Shown: piece by piece, positions 17,592 through 29,135 of the stretch
Numbering within the stretch: the stretch's first letter is position 1
Layout of the letters: each line of letters opens with the position of its first letter
IMG/VR virus record: IMGVR_UViG_2595698914_000001
Span: 32,001 to 96,000 of that record
DNA length: 64,000 nt
Direction: 5' to 3' (one strand)
From: a virus
Lineage: Duplodnaviria > Caudoviricetes
The notes under the pieces: generated by a model
Told to the model about the DNA's origin: nothing
The model's database searches: none
What the model saw: only the letters and a program-made list of their open reading frames with translations
Made by a program: the position numbers and the translations under genes

Positions 17592-18191
17592 ATGAGTGAA
17601 GTTACACGTAAGAGTATCATCTTATTCTACTATGGTGTAGAAGGTGGTATGGTAGACATTAAGGATGATAAGGGTGGTCTTACTGCAAGAGGTGGTATGA
17701 CTAAAACTAAGTTAGACGAACATAAAGCTAGCTGGGGAGAGTATTCTTTCTATGGTGATATGAGTAATATACCTTATGAGTTATATGAATATATTATGAC
17801 TGTTGACTTCTGGGATAAGCTTTGGGGTGATGAGCTATTAGAAATAGACCCTAAACTTATTGATGCTTTATATGGTTGGGCAATTAATAGTTCTCCTTAC
17901 TACCCAGTTAAAGCTATGCAGAAACATCTCTGCGTTATGAACTTAAAACAAACGCGCTATAGAGATACCGCAGTAGATGGTGGTATGGGTCAACATACAT
18001 ACGATACACTTATAATGTATCTTGAAGCTTGTAAGGACCGTAGACCTATCCAGAAGCTCCTAGGAACGATCTTCTCATGTCAGCATGTTCATTACTTAAA
18101 TATTAGTTATGAACGCTCAGAAGAGCGTAACGAGACCTTTACGGACGGATGGTTTAATCGTATCATGGATAAGGTTGAACGTCTAAGTTAA
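17592..18191 (+). CDS. Endolysin, glycoside hydrolase family 108 with C-terminal peptidoglycan-binding domain
   Basis: EGG.V...DKGGLT.RG catalytic motif, FWD, VDG.MG..T and C-terminal ETF..GWFNRI. Confidence 0.85.
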   Translation: MSEVTRKSIILFYYGVEGGMVDIKDDKGGLTARGGMTKTKLDEHKASWGEYSFYGDMSNIPYELYEYIMTVDFWDKLWGDELLEIDPKLIDALYGWAINSSPYYPVKAMQKHLCVMNLKQTRYRDTAVDGGMGQHTYDTLIMYLEACKDRRPIQKLLGTIFSCQHVHYLNISYERSEERNETFTDGWFNRIMDKVERLS

Positions 18192-18195
18192 TTTC

Positions 18196-18241
18196 TAGAT
18201 AATAATCAACCTACCGATATCGGTAGGTTGATTATTATCTA
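18196..18241. repeat. Perfect 46-bp palindrome with no spacer, between convergent genes
   Basis: tagataataatcaacctaccgat|atcggtaggttgattattatcta. Confidence 0.9.
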
Positions 18242-18248
18242 TAGTATC

Positions 18249-18986
18249 TTAAGTTCTTGAGTTAATTCTTGATTTAGCTTTAGCGTTTAATAAAGCCAAT
18301 CCCTCAGCATCGAATTGTTTATTAAAAACAACCATTTCTGAAAACTCGATTTCTGGAGTATTACCTGTGTTATAATAGCAATTACCTAAACCTAACTTTC
18401 TATCAGTGGTGATATACGTACTAGTACTAACGTTGTCAAATATAACTTCACCGTCTAACAATACAGTGGTTTCTTTATTAGTACTATTCCAATCACGATG
18501 AATAATTAACGTATACTCCTGACCTACGATAAGTTCTTCGGTAGTGATTTTAACATTAGAAACTATACCGTGATATATTAGGTACAGATGGAAATCATTA
18601 CTTAAGTATACACTACCACCGCCAGATGAACTTGTTGTAGACGACATATTACCATTGATAATACCGACCCCACCAAACTCATTAACTTTAAAACTAATAA
18701 CCTCAGTCAATAGTAAGACTTGACTATCATCGGTTACTGGTGTTATAAGGCCAGATTCATATGCGTCTGTTATAACTCCATTAAATGTCCATGTCGGAGC
18801 TATAGTACCTACCGTTAATTTATCTAGGTAGTTTATACGACTACTAAGTGCTGTGTTTGATATACCTAATATCCAATGATATTTAGAATCTCCTTCAACT
18901 CCAGAAAAGAATTCTACATCTTTGTAATCTATTTTAGTTAAGTCCGTTCTAGAACTAACTACATTTAACATTGTAAATAATGCCAT
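18249..18986 (-). CDS. Concanavalin A/LamG-like beta-sandwich protein associated with the tail spike
   Basis: Beta-rich; ends with LGLGN...EFSEMVVFNKQF typical of LamG-like domains. Directly downstream of an esterase spike gene. Confidence 0.5.
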   Translation of the reverse strand: MALFTMLNVVSSRTDLTKIDYKDVEFFSGVEGDSKYHWILGISNTALSSRINYLDKLTVGTIAPTWTFNGVITDAYESGLITPVTDDSQVLLLTEVISFKVNEFGGVGIINGNMSSTTSSSGGGSVYLSNDFHLYLIYHGIVSNVKITTEELIVGQEYTLIIHRDWNSTNKETTVLLDGEVIFDNVSTSTYITTDRKLGLGNCYYNTGNTPEIEFSEMVVFNKQFDAEGLALLNAKAKSRINSRT

Positions 18987-18990
18987 AAGG

Positions 18991-21099
18991 TTATTCTCCT
19001 AATTTGATTGCTGTTTTCGTAAAGTGAGTACAAGGATTAACTAATGTATAAGTCTCATTTAATAATGTTATAGTTTCAGAATTACTATCAGTAAGATTAC
19101 CAGACGCACCATCTTTTATAAATACATCAGTGGCTATATTATCTAACGCATATCTTAACTTCACTACACCAGATGGCTCAGAATTTAATTTTAAGGTAAC
19201 TGTGTCATACGATGTAATGTTAATACTTAATATATCAACAGGAACATCATCTACAGTTACAACAAACCCGTAATCTAAAGTCATAGCTAAGTCGTCAGTA
19301 TTCAGTTGTAATGGTGGTACTGGAACGTCGAACGTACAGTTCAGAACTGTACCCCGTAAAGTTACCGATTTAACTTTTAAACACTTAGGTTTATTACCAT
19401 TAAGCATTTGATTATATGATTTTGCGCCATACGCACCCAATAACTTAGAGCCAACATTAGTTAAGTGAGTTCCATCTGGACCATGTGGAAGTATATAGGT
19501 TGGTGTAGTAATATATACAAGATCATGGGTATCGTGGTAATCTTGTTGAGTACTGTATACCGCATCGCTTAATTTACAACCATAAGATAGTTGGTAGGTT
19601 AAGATATAGGTCGTATCAGACTTACCACTTATCGTATTCGCAGCAACATTAATATCATCGATCATAGTTCCAAATTTACCTGAGTAAAATGACTTACTAA
19701 CACCATCATCTATATCAGTTTCACCTTGGATGTAGTAGACAAGACCCATATAATAATCATTAGTAATAGCGTTACCTTGACGAATATGCTCTAAGAAATA
19801 GTCGTTATACCAAGTAGTATCTTTTTCTAGTTCACTAATTGAATACCCACCGTGACCCGCCGCAGATAGGAGTAGTGGTCTTGTCGATAAGTCATCTCCA
19901 GCCATAGCTCTTAACGTTGATAAGTAGTTACCAAAACCAGCACAGGGAGTCTCACCACGACCATCTTTACCATCTGGTGAAAAGATGTCATCTTCAATTA
20001 GATCTTTTAACGGTAAGAATAATTGGTTTGAACCATCATATGCTCTAGGTCCTCCAGCAAACGTCTTAACGTTGTAAGGTTGTATTGAACTTATTATAGG
20101 AACTGCTTTAGCACCTATAGATAATGATTGACCATAAATTACGATATGATTTAATGTATACGAATTGATCTTATAGGGTAACGGTTCTGTGGTGGATGTA
20201 TAGCCGTTACCAGAAATATTTTTAGCTACTATACCCGCACCGATTATAACTTCCGATTTAACATCATAACCTAATAGTACCTTACCAGTAACATCAGTTA
20301 ATATAGGAACAACTTCGGTACCTAAATAATTAACTATTAGCTCTTCGCCGTTACGCTGTTTATTAAGACCTGCACCGATTAGTTCTTGAGTTTGTTTGTT
20401 GTAACCCAACAATATATTAAGATTCTTATCTGTAATAATTGGAACTACAGTTCCATCACCTAGGTAATCTAATAAACCTTTATCCGTTAAGTCATTTGCT
20501 AACTTAAGTATGTCAGATTTAATATATTCTATACTAGCTGTCGATGGATAGGTTTTAATTAATTCAGAATTACCATCCCCTATATTGAGGTAGATATCTA
20601 TATAGATATCTACTGATGTTGATATAACCTTAAAGAACTCACCATTACTAGTGTTAGTAACACCTTCACTTACAGTTGTATAAATGATTCCGGTGAGTAT
20701 TATAGAATCTAAAGCACTTTCTGCACGACTAGCATTATCTGCCGTTGCTTGAACTGCTTCTGTTACCAAGGTCTGTCTGAACTCAGGCTTATCTGCTTCC
20801 CACTGATTAACTACTTCTGTAGGTATGGATTGCTTAGCAGCTTCAAGTTCGTCCAATTTAGCGGAATGCTCAGTTTCAATTTCACCTAATTTAGATTCCT
20901 GGTTAGTTTTAAATTCGTTTATACTCGTAGTGGTAGCTTGTTCAAACTCCTCACGTTTACTGTTAAACTCGTCAATGGCATCATCTTTAGCTTTATCGAT
21001 TTCTACCATCTTACCGCCAACTTCCTGAGTTAATTCTTCTACTCTAGAAGCATGACGTTGAGACTCTAATAAGACTAAATCAACGTTTATATCATTCAT
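18991..21099 (-). CDS. Tail spike/fibre with sialate O-acetylesterase-type (SASA/SGNH) domain
   Basis: N-terminal coiled coil. Motifs YGQSLS, YIQGETD and DGTHL. Confidence 0.8.
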   Translation of the reverse strand: MNDINVDLVLLESQRHASRVEELTQEVGGKMVEIDKAKDDAIDEFNSKREEFEQATTTSINEFKTNQESKLGEIETEHSAKLDELEAAKQSIPTEVVNQWEADKPEFRQTLVTEAVQATADNASRAESALDSIILTGIIYTTVSEGVTNTSNGEFFKVISTSVDIYIDIYLNIGDGNSELIKTYPSTASIEYIKSDILKLANDLTDKGLLDYLGDGTVVPIITDKNLNILLGYNKQTQELIGAGLNKQRNGEELIVNYLGTEVVPILTDVTGKVLLGYDVKSEVIIGAGIVAKNISGNGYTSTTEPLPYKINSYTLNHIVIYGQSLSIGAKAVPIISSIQPYNVKTFAGGPRAYDGSNQLFLPLKDLIEDDIFSPDGKDGRGETPCAGFGNYLSTLRAMAGDDLSTRPLLLSAAGHGGYSISELEKDTTWYNDYFLEHIRQGNAITNDYYMGLVYYIQGETDIDDGVSKSFYSGKFGTMIDDINVAANTISGKSDTTYILTYQLSYGCKLSDAVYSTQQDYHDTHDLVYITTPTYILPHGPDGTHLTNVGSKLLGAYGAKSYNQMLNGNKPKCLKVKSVTLRGTVLNCTFDVPVPPLQLNTDDLAMTLDYGFVVTVDDVPVDILSINITSYDTVTLKLNSEPSGVVKLRYALDNIATDVFIKDGASGNLTDSNSETITLLNETYTLVNPCTHFTKTAIKLGE

Positions 21100-21124
21100 A
21101 ATATATCCTATTTATATAATCGGG

Positions 21125-21150
21125 TAACTGGGTATTTTTTTACCCAGTTA
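21125..21150 (-). terminator. Hairpin between the two tail-spike genes
   Basis: taactgggta...tacccagtta, 10-bp inverted repeat. Confidence 0.45.
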
Positions 21151-21168
21151 TTTATAATACATGTCACA

Positions 21169-23970
21169 TTAAGAAAGCTTATTGACTGCCCATGCAGTAG
21201 TAGCATTACAGTACATGTCTCTTCCGAATTCATCAAAATGAACCCAGTCTGTAACCGTAGCTTTATTCATCATGGTATTTGGTACAGAGACATTACTATT
21301 CCATGCATTAGAGTAATCTCTAGGTACATGCAGATAGCACGGTATGAAGTCTACTGCTAGATCGGTACATACTTGATGACACTTATCAATCCAGATAGTA
21401 GTTTCTTCGCCCCAACGAACTAATCCATTAGTAGTATGACTCGTAACCGGCGCTGGAATAACACCAATGTCGATATTAGTTGATACCGCTCTAATAGAAC
21501 CTATCATATGTCTAAGTGCCAATTCCATAAATTCTAAACGCTCATCTGCCGTATAAGAGTCACGTTGTAAATTTATATCATTAGTAGATAATGCAATGGT
21601 AACTATATCCGGAACATCCACATTATGAGTACTTAGATAATGTGCAAAGTCGAAGATATAATATTTATCTGCTGAATTGTCTTCTGCAAAACTAACTTCT
21701 TTAATACTACCTGTAAATGTAAAGCATAATTCAGGAGTATTCAGACGATCTGATGCAGTCGCTAAACGTAAGAATGGGTTTTGCCACTTAGAAGTAGTAG
21801 TTGTACCAGGTTCAGGTAACGTATGGGTTGCACCAGTTCTATTACACTTCCCAATAAACGATCGGTACTGCCAGTAACCACGACCTTCAGACGCAATGTT
21901 ATCTGTGTAAGAACTTGCGTATGTACCAACAATTTCCATAGTACAGTTATACTTAGTAGACATCTTATTCTTAAAATCGCTAGCCATACCAACTTCAGTC
22001 AGACTATCTCCTATAAGTAATGCCTTCTTAACTTTGCCGGAAACTAAAGTCTTATCTACCGAATGGATAGTGAATGGTGTATTGTAACGATTATCTGGTT
22101 CTAAGATATGTGTCATACGAATAGATGCTACTTCACCATCTGCCCCTAAGTCTTCTGGTTTAAAGTATAATTCACCGTCTAATGTTTGATATGGTCTGAC
22201 ATTACGAGTTAACTTAGCATTGGTTGATGGTGTTATGAAAATATTAAGATTATCTAACTCATCAGGTTTATCGTTGGCAATAATACTATTTCTGAAAATA
22301 GGCAACTCTTCACCTTCCACAAAGAACAGATTATCAGGCATTAAAAGTCTATTCTCGTACGCATCAAACTCAAGTCCGCTAGTAACCTCACCATTAAGAT
22401 AATCTATAACATTACCCTCGGTATCTATAACTGTAGGTTTATGTTTAGAATTACCTAACCATATAAAATCACCATCTGTTATAGTACCAAATATTAATCC
22501 GTAGGCCGGAGAAATTATTTCTGTTGCAGGGGTAACATGTAACTTATTAGTACGATAATCATACCATAATGTTTGAAACACAGATAAGTCATTATCTGAA
22601 AAATCAACAGTACCAGAGTTTATATACTTATAGCCTTTATGTGCTGTTAAGTCGTTTGGCTCCGCACTAAGATAGCAGTTAGTTAAAACGGTTAATTTTT
22701 TAGTGTGTAAATCCACAATGATACGATCTGGAGTCAATAAGTGACTATGTCTAGTTTCAAAAGTAGATCCGTTAGTATTTAAACCTTTAGGATTATTTGA
22801 TCTGCTAGAGATATTTATTGGTGGAAGTTGGAAGTTAGACCATACTTGCCCGCCATCTGTAAAAATTGCAACTATAGATTCTGATGCAGGTATAATTTGT
22901 GATGTAGTACCTAATGAAGCCCAACTATACAACCTCAGCGTAGACTCTGTTCTATTTACAGCATTAGTAGCTAAGCGACTATAAGTTAGTACTAAGTAAG
23001 TATCATCGGCGGTAACTGTATCGTAATCATCAAAGTTTAAAGTCAGACTTGGTAAACCGACATTCTGACCATTACTCATTACGTTCACGGTACCTGTGAA
23101 TTTTAAAGTACGTGTTACCCAATTACATTCTACCAGATGACCAGAATAACCATATGATGCCGTTGGATTGGTTCGGGCACCAACTGTACCTAAACGATTA
23201 CCATACTTATCAGTTATAGAGAATATGTTAGCATTAGGACCATGTGCTACATCATAGAATACAACACCCAATACTATATCTTTATGATACGGTTTATTAC
23301 TGTTAAACGTACCAACATTAATTGTTGTTGAACCCTCTCTTAAGTAAACGTATAAGGCGTAACCTAATTGTGAATCAGGTATAAGGCTAAAATCAATAAC
23401 TTGAGCTGGAACATTAACGGTTATCTCGCTAGTAGTTAAGACGACAAGTCCTCTAGTTAATTCTAGAGTTTTATCTTTAATGTTCATAACTAACGTACCT
23501 GGATAACCCATCGCTAAAGCGGTACAGTTTATTTTACCGCCTACGTTTTCAGGAGTTAACACACCATCAGTAGAAGGGTAACGTTTAATTTCAGTTGCTA
23601 CTGAACCAGCATCATGACGGTATAAAATTAAATATTCTATATCTGTCGTACTTGGAGTAGAAAAATAATCCCCTTCAGTAGTTCCAGCTAGACCTAATGT
23701 AGTCGTTTGGAAGATACCAGCATTAAGAGCTGCTGCATCTGCCGCCGATACCACTCTATTGGTTTCAGCTGTAATGGTTTCTGTAACCGTAGCACTAACT
23801 TCAGCCGCCACCAAAGTACGTTGAGATTCTATAGTACCCATAACCTCTTGGGTTTTAGCATCTATATCATTAATTTTAGCATCTATATCATCGGTAAGTT
23901 TACGACTCGCCTCAGTTTGGAGCGTAGCCGCTTCCAGAACCTTAGATACTTCATTGGTTAAATCGTTCAT
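21169..23970 (-). CDS. Tail spike/fibre with C-terminal SGNH/GDSL hydrolase domain
   Basis: LIGDSLTE, EGRGYW, LSTNDI and DWVHF blocks. N-terminal coiled coil plus an adaptor segment shared with the neighbouring spike. Confidence 0.8.
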   Translation of the reverse strand: MNDLTNEVSKVLEAATLQTEASRKLTDDIDAKINDIDAKTQEVMGTIESQRTLVAAEVSATVTETITAETNRVVSAADAAALNAGIFQTTTLGLAGTTEGDYFSTPSTTDIEYLILYRHDAGSVATEIKRYPSTDGVLTPENVGGKINCTALAMGYPGTLVMNIKDKTLELTRGLVVLTTSEITVNVPAQVIDFSLIPDSQLGYALYVYLREGSTTINVGTFNSNKPYHKDIVLGVVFYDVAHGPNANIFSITDKYGNRLGTVGARTNPTASYGYSGHLVECNWVTRTLKFTGTVNVMSNGQNVGLPSLTLNFDDYDTVTADDTYLVLTYSRLATNAVNRTESTLRLYSWASLGTTSQIIPASESIVAIFTDGGQVWSNFQLPPINISSRSNNPKGLNTNGSTFETRHSHLLTPDRIIVDLHTKKLTVLTNCYLSAEPNDLTAHKGYKYINSGTVDFSDNDLSVFQTLWYDYRTNKLHVTPATEIISPAYGLIFGTITDGDFIWLGNSKHKPTVIDTEGNVIDYLNGEVTSGLEFDAYENRLLMPDNLFFVEGEELPIFRNSIIANDKPDELDNLNIFITPSTNAKLTRNVRPYQTLDGELYFKPEDLGADGEVASIRMTHILEPDNRYNTPFTIHSVDKTLVSGKVKKALLIGDSLTEVGMASDFKNKMSTKYNCTMEIVGTYASSYTDNIASEGRGYWQYRSFIGKCNRTGATHTLPEPGTTTTSKWQNPFLRLATASDRLNTPELCFTFTGSIKEVSFAEDNSADKYYIFDFAHYLSTHNVDVPDIVTIALSTNDINLQRDSYTADERLEFMELALRHMIGSIRAVSTNIDIGVIPAPVTSHTTNGLVRWGEETTIWIDKCHQVCTDLAVDFIPCYLHVPRDYSNAWNSNVSVPNTMMNKATVTDWVHFDEFGRDMYCNATTAWAVNKLS

Positions 23971-24848
23971 CAGTTATTCTCCAATAGTTTAATTCTTTCA
24001 TTTAGTAAGAATTGACTTCTCATTAATTTAATTTCGCCAGTTTGCGATTTTATTATAGAAACAGAATGTTGTAGATTTAAAAATTGAGAGTCACTAACTG
24101 TTTTCTCAAGAACATCAGTTAGATTACTTAATTTGCTAGAGGTAGCTTCTAACCTCATCAACCTAACAGCCATTTCTATATCTTGAATATTGTTACTGAC
24201 TACTGCTTTCTGAAGAGTGATTATGGAATTTCTAGATTCTACTAACCTTACAGAAACTTCGTTATCATAGGTAGCTAGTTCATTTAATTTAGTTACAATA
24301 TACTTAACTAAATCATTCTCAACACCTAAAGCAACATTATCCCCTATACGTTCAAGGGATTGATGAATATTAGCTAATGCTGCTATCTCTTCATCCTTAC
24401 CCGTTACCTGAGAAGCATCATGTAAATGTTCTTCAGTTACATCGAACGAATGAGGTCGATTTTTAAGGTTACTGTAGTAAATCCTAGATAATTCAGTATC
24501 ACCTAAAGTGTCTAGTAGATTTATAATAGTTTCACGTTGTTGAACTTTACTACCGCCGACGTACTGGTATGTGGCTGAGATACTAGCTGTTGGAGTATTA
24601 GTTAATTCTATTAATGAATAAATTAACTTACCGCCAGTATGACCTGTAGCCGCAGAGTCTAATACTCTAGGTTTCCAGTCTCGGTTCTTTATTAATTCTT
24701 CGCCGGTGTTGACGTTTATCAGAGTTAAACTATCTAGGAAAAAAGAACCCTTAGATAGAACTAAGTTACCGTTTGCAAACTCCGACGGTGGTATAATTTC
24801 ACCGGTCATCTTATGTGTAGGTAAGGAACCCGTATAATCTTCTAACAT
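23970..24848 (-). CDS. Tail-fibre attachment / virion structural protein (phiKZ-like family)
   Basis: DYTG...GE, GSFF.DSL, YQYVGG and P..F....HLH motifs. Paralogous to the next gene. C-terminal coiled coil. Confidence 0.65.
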   Translation of the reverse strand: MLEDYTGSLPTHKMTGEIIPPSEFANGNLVLSKGSFFLDSLTLINVNTGEELIKNRDWKPRVLDSAATGHTGGKLIYSLIELTNTPTASISATYQYVGGSKVQQRETIINLLDTLGDTELSRIYYSNLKNRPHSFDVTEEHLHDASQVTGKDEEIAALANIHQSLERIGDNVALGVENDLVKYIVTKLNELATYDNEVSVRLVESRNSIITLQKAVVSNNIQDIEMAVRLMRLEATSSKLSNLTDVLEKTVSDSQFLNLQHSVSIIKSQTGEIKLMRSQFLLNERIKLLENN

Positions 24849-24861
24849 AAGTCACCCTAAG

Positions 24862-25593
24862 TTATTTAACTCTAACGTAAGTATTAGACTTGTCTGTTAA
24901 AACAAAGCTGTCACCTACTATGGCAAGAGTAAGGAAAAAGGCAGGATAATCGTCACGAGTTATAGTCTGACCGTTTGATTCAACCCAGTAATTCATATTT
25001 AAAGAATTATTGGGTACAACAGTGGTTATCTCTGTTCCGATAGGTATCTTAGTACTGTCTGCTTTATCCGCTACTTCCGATAACTTCTTACCTACTTCCC
25101 ATAGAACAGCTACATAGTCCTGAAAACCGGTAGCTATTTTATCTGCTGGTAAATTATGAGTATTTGGATTGCTTGCGGCTGGAGCATCTACTACATTATC
25201 CCAAGTTAACTCTACTGGAACACCATTGATTAATTCAACTACTTCTTTTACAGCAGTTGGATTAAATGTAGTATAGCCTCCACCAACATACGGTGTAGTT
25301 AGACTCAGTGTACCAGTTAAAGTTTTGTTCACTAAAACAATACCAGCAAAGCCGTCTAAGTCGTAATTGGCTTTTAAGTGGTGACTGTAATAAGTCAAGT
25401 AGTAATCTACGTTCAGAGTCAAAGGAGTATTAGTATCTTTATGAGTTACAACTAATCCTTCCGTTAGAAAGACACCGTACTCAGGTACAATTACTTGACC
25501 TTCATTGGTAGCTAAACCGAATCGTATAGGATAATCCTTAGTGATTAGATTATCTTCATTACTACCTGACAAGTTAAGACTTAAGTAAATCAT
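24862..25593 (-). CDS. Tail-fibre-associated protein with C-terminal tail-collar-like segment
   Basis: G...NLI, IVPEYG.F, YVGG and W.NV..AP....P..H motifs. C-terminal IPIGTE...WVESNGQTITRDDYPAFF resembles the phage tail collar domain. Confidence 0.65.
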   Translation of the reverse strand: MIYLSLNLSGSNEDNLITKDYPIRFGLATNEGQVIVPEYGVFLTEGLVVTHKDTNTPLTLNVDYYLTYYSHHLKANYDLDGFAGIVLVNKTLTGTLSLTTPYVGGGYTTFNPTAVKEVVELINGVPVELTWDNVVDAPAASNPNTHNLPADKIATGFQDYVAVLWEVGKKLSEVADKADSTKIPIGTEITTVVPNNSLNMNYWVESNGQTITRDDYPAFFLTLAIVGDSFVLTDKSNTYVRVK

Positions 25594-25639
25594 AAAGTTA
25601 TATCCTTAATCGTTAGGTAACATAGATTTTTGTAAAGTT

Positions 25640-25669
25640 AAATAAATACATCTATATATTATAGAGGTG
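25640..25669 (+). promoter_or_regulatory. Putative early (virion-RNAP) promoter, CTATATATTATAG motif
   Basis: aaataaatacatctatatattatagaggtg is 28/30 identical to 56763-56792. Resembles the phiKZ early TATATTAC motif. Confidence 0.7.
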
Positions 25670-25718
25670 GAATTATCTAGTAATTAAATAAATATCAATT
25701 TTAAAGGAGTTACCCCCT

Positions 25719-26318
25719 ATGTTAGAATTAACACATTTACAACCTATACTTGAAGATAATAATAAATTAATCAAGTTCTTAGGTTTACCTTTTGTTAGTA
25801 TGTTGAACTTACCAAAGACCAGTGTTAAGCGTCATGTACATGAAGAATACGCTAAGATGTACATTAAACATAACCTATTAAAAGATTCAGAATTAGATAC
25901 TGATTTGATTGAAGATGAAATACCTGAGTTATTAGCTCAGTATGAATATCTAATTAATCATGACAGTCGTCTATTAATGGTTAAGTGGAGATTTGATGAG
26001 GCTTTATATAATTCTAAGATGTTAGCAGAAGTTAATTTCGATGAGTCTCTTTATAAAGTTACAGAAGTAATTCGTCACCTACGTCCCGATGAAGATGCTG
26101 AAGTTAATCGCCAACTTAAGATACTAATAGATATCCGTGATAAGTCAGACGATTACGGTATTAACTTTTGTATAGAGTTAATAGAACTAATAGTTACTGT
26201 GACTTCACCAGAACTATTCTTTAATGTTGTTAGTAAGCAATTCCCGGAACTAAAAGCAACATTAGGTTCACACAACTTTAAGATATTAGTAAACAAAAAC
26301 ATACCGGTTCTAGTATAA
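25719..26318 (+). CDS. Hypothetical protein
   Basis: 199-aa ORF with SD AAGGAG, downstream of the early-type promoter. Confidence 0.75.
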   Translation: MLELTHLQPILEDNNKLIKFLGLPFVSMLNLPKTSVKRHVHEEYAKMYIKHNLLKDSELDTDLIEDEIPELLAQYEYLINHDSRLLMVKWRFDEALYNSKMLAEVNFDESLYKVTEVIRHLRPDEDAEVNRQLKILIDIRDKSDDYGINFCIELIELIVTVTSPELFFNVVSKQFPELKATLGSHNFKILVNKNIPVLV

Positions 26319-26324
26319 CTTTAA

Positions 26325-26349
26325 TAGTCGGGGTATTTAACCTCGACTA
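26325..26349 (+). terminator. Hairpin without a U-tract (attenuator or mRNA stabiliser)
   Basis: tagtcggggt-attta-acctcgacta. Confidence 0.4.
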
Positions 26350-26371
26350 CAAACCAATTATATTTTATTAA

Positions 26372-27973
<1,602 letters not shown>

Positions 27974-27988
27974 TAACCTATAAAAAAT

Positions 27989-28017
27989 AGAGTGGCTTTC
28001 GAGCTACTCTTTTTTTT
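27989..28017 (+). terminator. Intrinsic terminator
   Basis: agagtggct-ttcg-agctactct followed by a T run. Confidence 0.85.
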
Positions 28018-28058
28018 GTTTGAAATTAGTATGTTTAGTGAATGATTAGGAGAATGTG

Positions 28059-29102
28059 ATGTATCAGATAGTTAGTGCGTTACGTTACTTGGATGGTAAG
28101 TGGGTATATGATGAAGATGCTAATGTTAAAACTATAGCTACTTTAATAGAAGAAACTCGCTTTAATCTAATAACGTTGATTAGTAATGGTAAGTATTACT
28201 TACTCGATAATAGTTTTTTAAATACATTGGTTAACCGTAGTCAGTCTTTAGGTAACTACCTAGCTAATTCTGGTGTAACTTTACCTGAGATAGAAGAACC
28301 TGTAGACTTAGAATCTATTGGTTTACGTGATTGTTCTGGAATAGAGCGTTCTGGTAACGATTACATCTTTAAAGAACCGCATCCGTTTGTAGTGGGTGCT
28401 AACGGTATAAATAAAGTAACTAGTAGTATAGTGGCTGGGTTACATACTAAACTGCTGGTCCTTGAAGATTTTATATTAGGATACTTAGATACAGAACTAA
28501 TACAGAATACAGTTAAATTCAGTATTAGTGATTTTAATTCTACGGTATTTAAATTACCTAAGAAGTTTAAATTAAACAACACACTTATGGTATTTGGTGA
28601 TAGTCTTATTAAGGCAAACAGTGTTTTATATGATGATGGTGAATCTTATCGTTTAACTCAGGGTTACGCTAAATGGTTGGTTGATTTATATATAGATAAT
28701 TTAACTAGGATACCACCTACAAACTTAGGGTTAAATCCTAAGGGTATGAGTAAGGATGAGTTGTTATCTTTAAGTAATCTAAAGAAACTATTTACTCATA
28801 ATAACGTATACTTTGTGGAGTTGGAAAACGATTACCCAATAGGTTCTGAATCTATAGAAGTAATTAATGAATACATTGATGATTATTATGATGGTATAGT
28901 TATGTATGGTACTAAGCCAACTACGAAGAAGATAATACATCGTAGAAATTTAGGCTATGGCGTTCAGGATATAGTTGGTACTGGTAATCTTCAAACTTTT
29001 AATGATAACCCAACTATAACTATGGCTGCGGAAGATCGAGTTATGAAGACCTACTCTCCTACAGTTATGCTTATGGACTATCCTATTGTTAAGCGGAAAT
29101 AA
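28059..29102 (+). CDS. Probable virion structural protein
   Basis: 347 aa, SD AGGAG, TATG upstream. Resembles chimallivirus tail/baseplate proteins, by recollection only. Confidence 0.5.
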   Translation: MYQIVSALRYLDGKWVYDEDANVKTIATLIEETRFNLITLISNGKYYLLDNSFLNTLVNRSQSLGNYLANSGVTLPEIEEPVDLESIGLRDCSGIERSGNDYIFKEPHPFVVGANGINKVTSSIVAGLHTKLLVLEDFILGYLDTELIQNTVKFSISDFNSTVFKLPKKFKLNNTLMVFGDSLIKANSVLYDDGESYRLTQGYAKWLVDLYIDNLTRIPPTNLGLNPKGMSKDELLSLSNLKKLFTHNNVYFVELENDYPIGSESIEVINEYIDDYYDGIVMYGTKPTTKKIIHRRNLGYGVQDIVGTGNLQTFNDNPTITMAAEDRVMKTYSPTVMLMDYPIVKRK

Positions 29103-29124
29103 TAGGGATACCGAAGTATCCCTA
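29103..29124. terminator. Hairpin between convergent genes
   Basis: tagggatac-cgaa-gtatcccta (UUCG loop on the minus strand). Confidence 0.7.
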
Positions 29125-29135
29125 AATAGTTTAAG

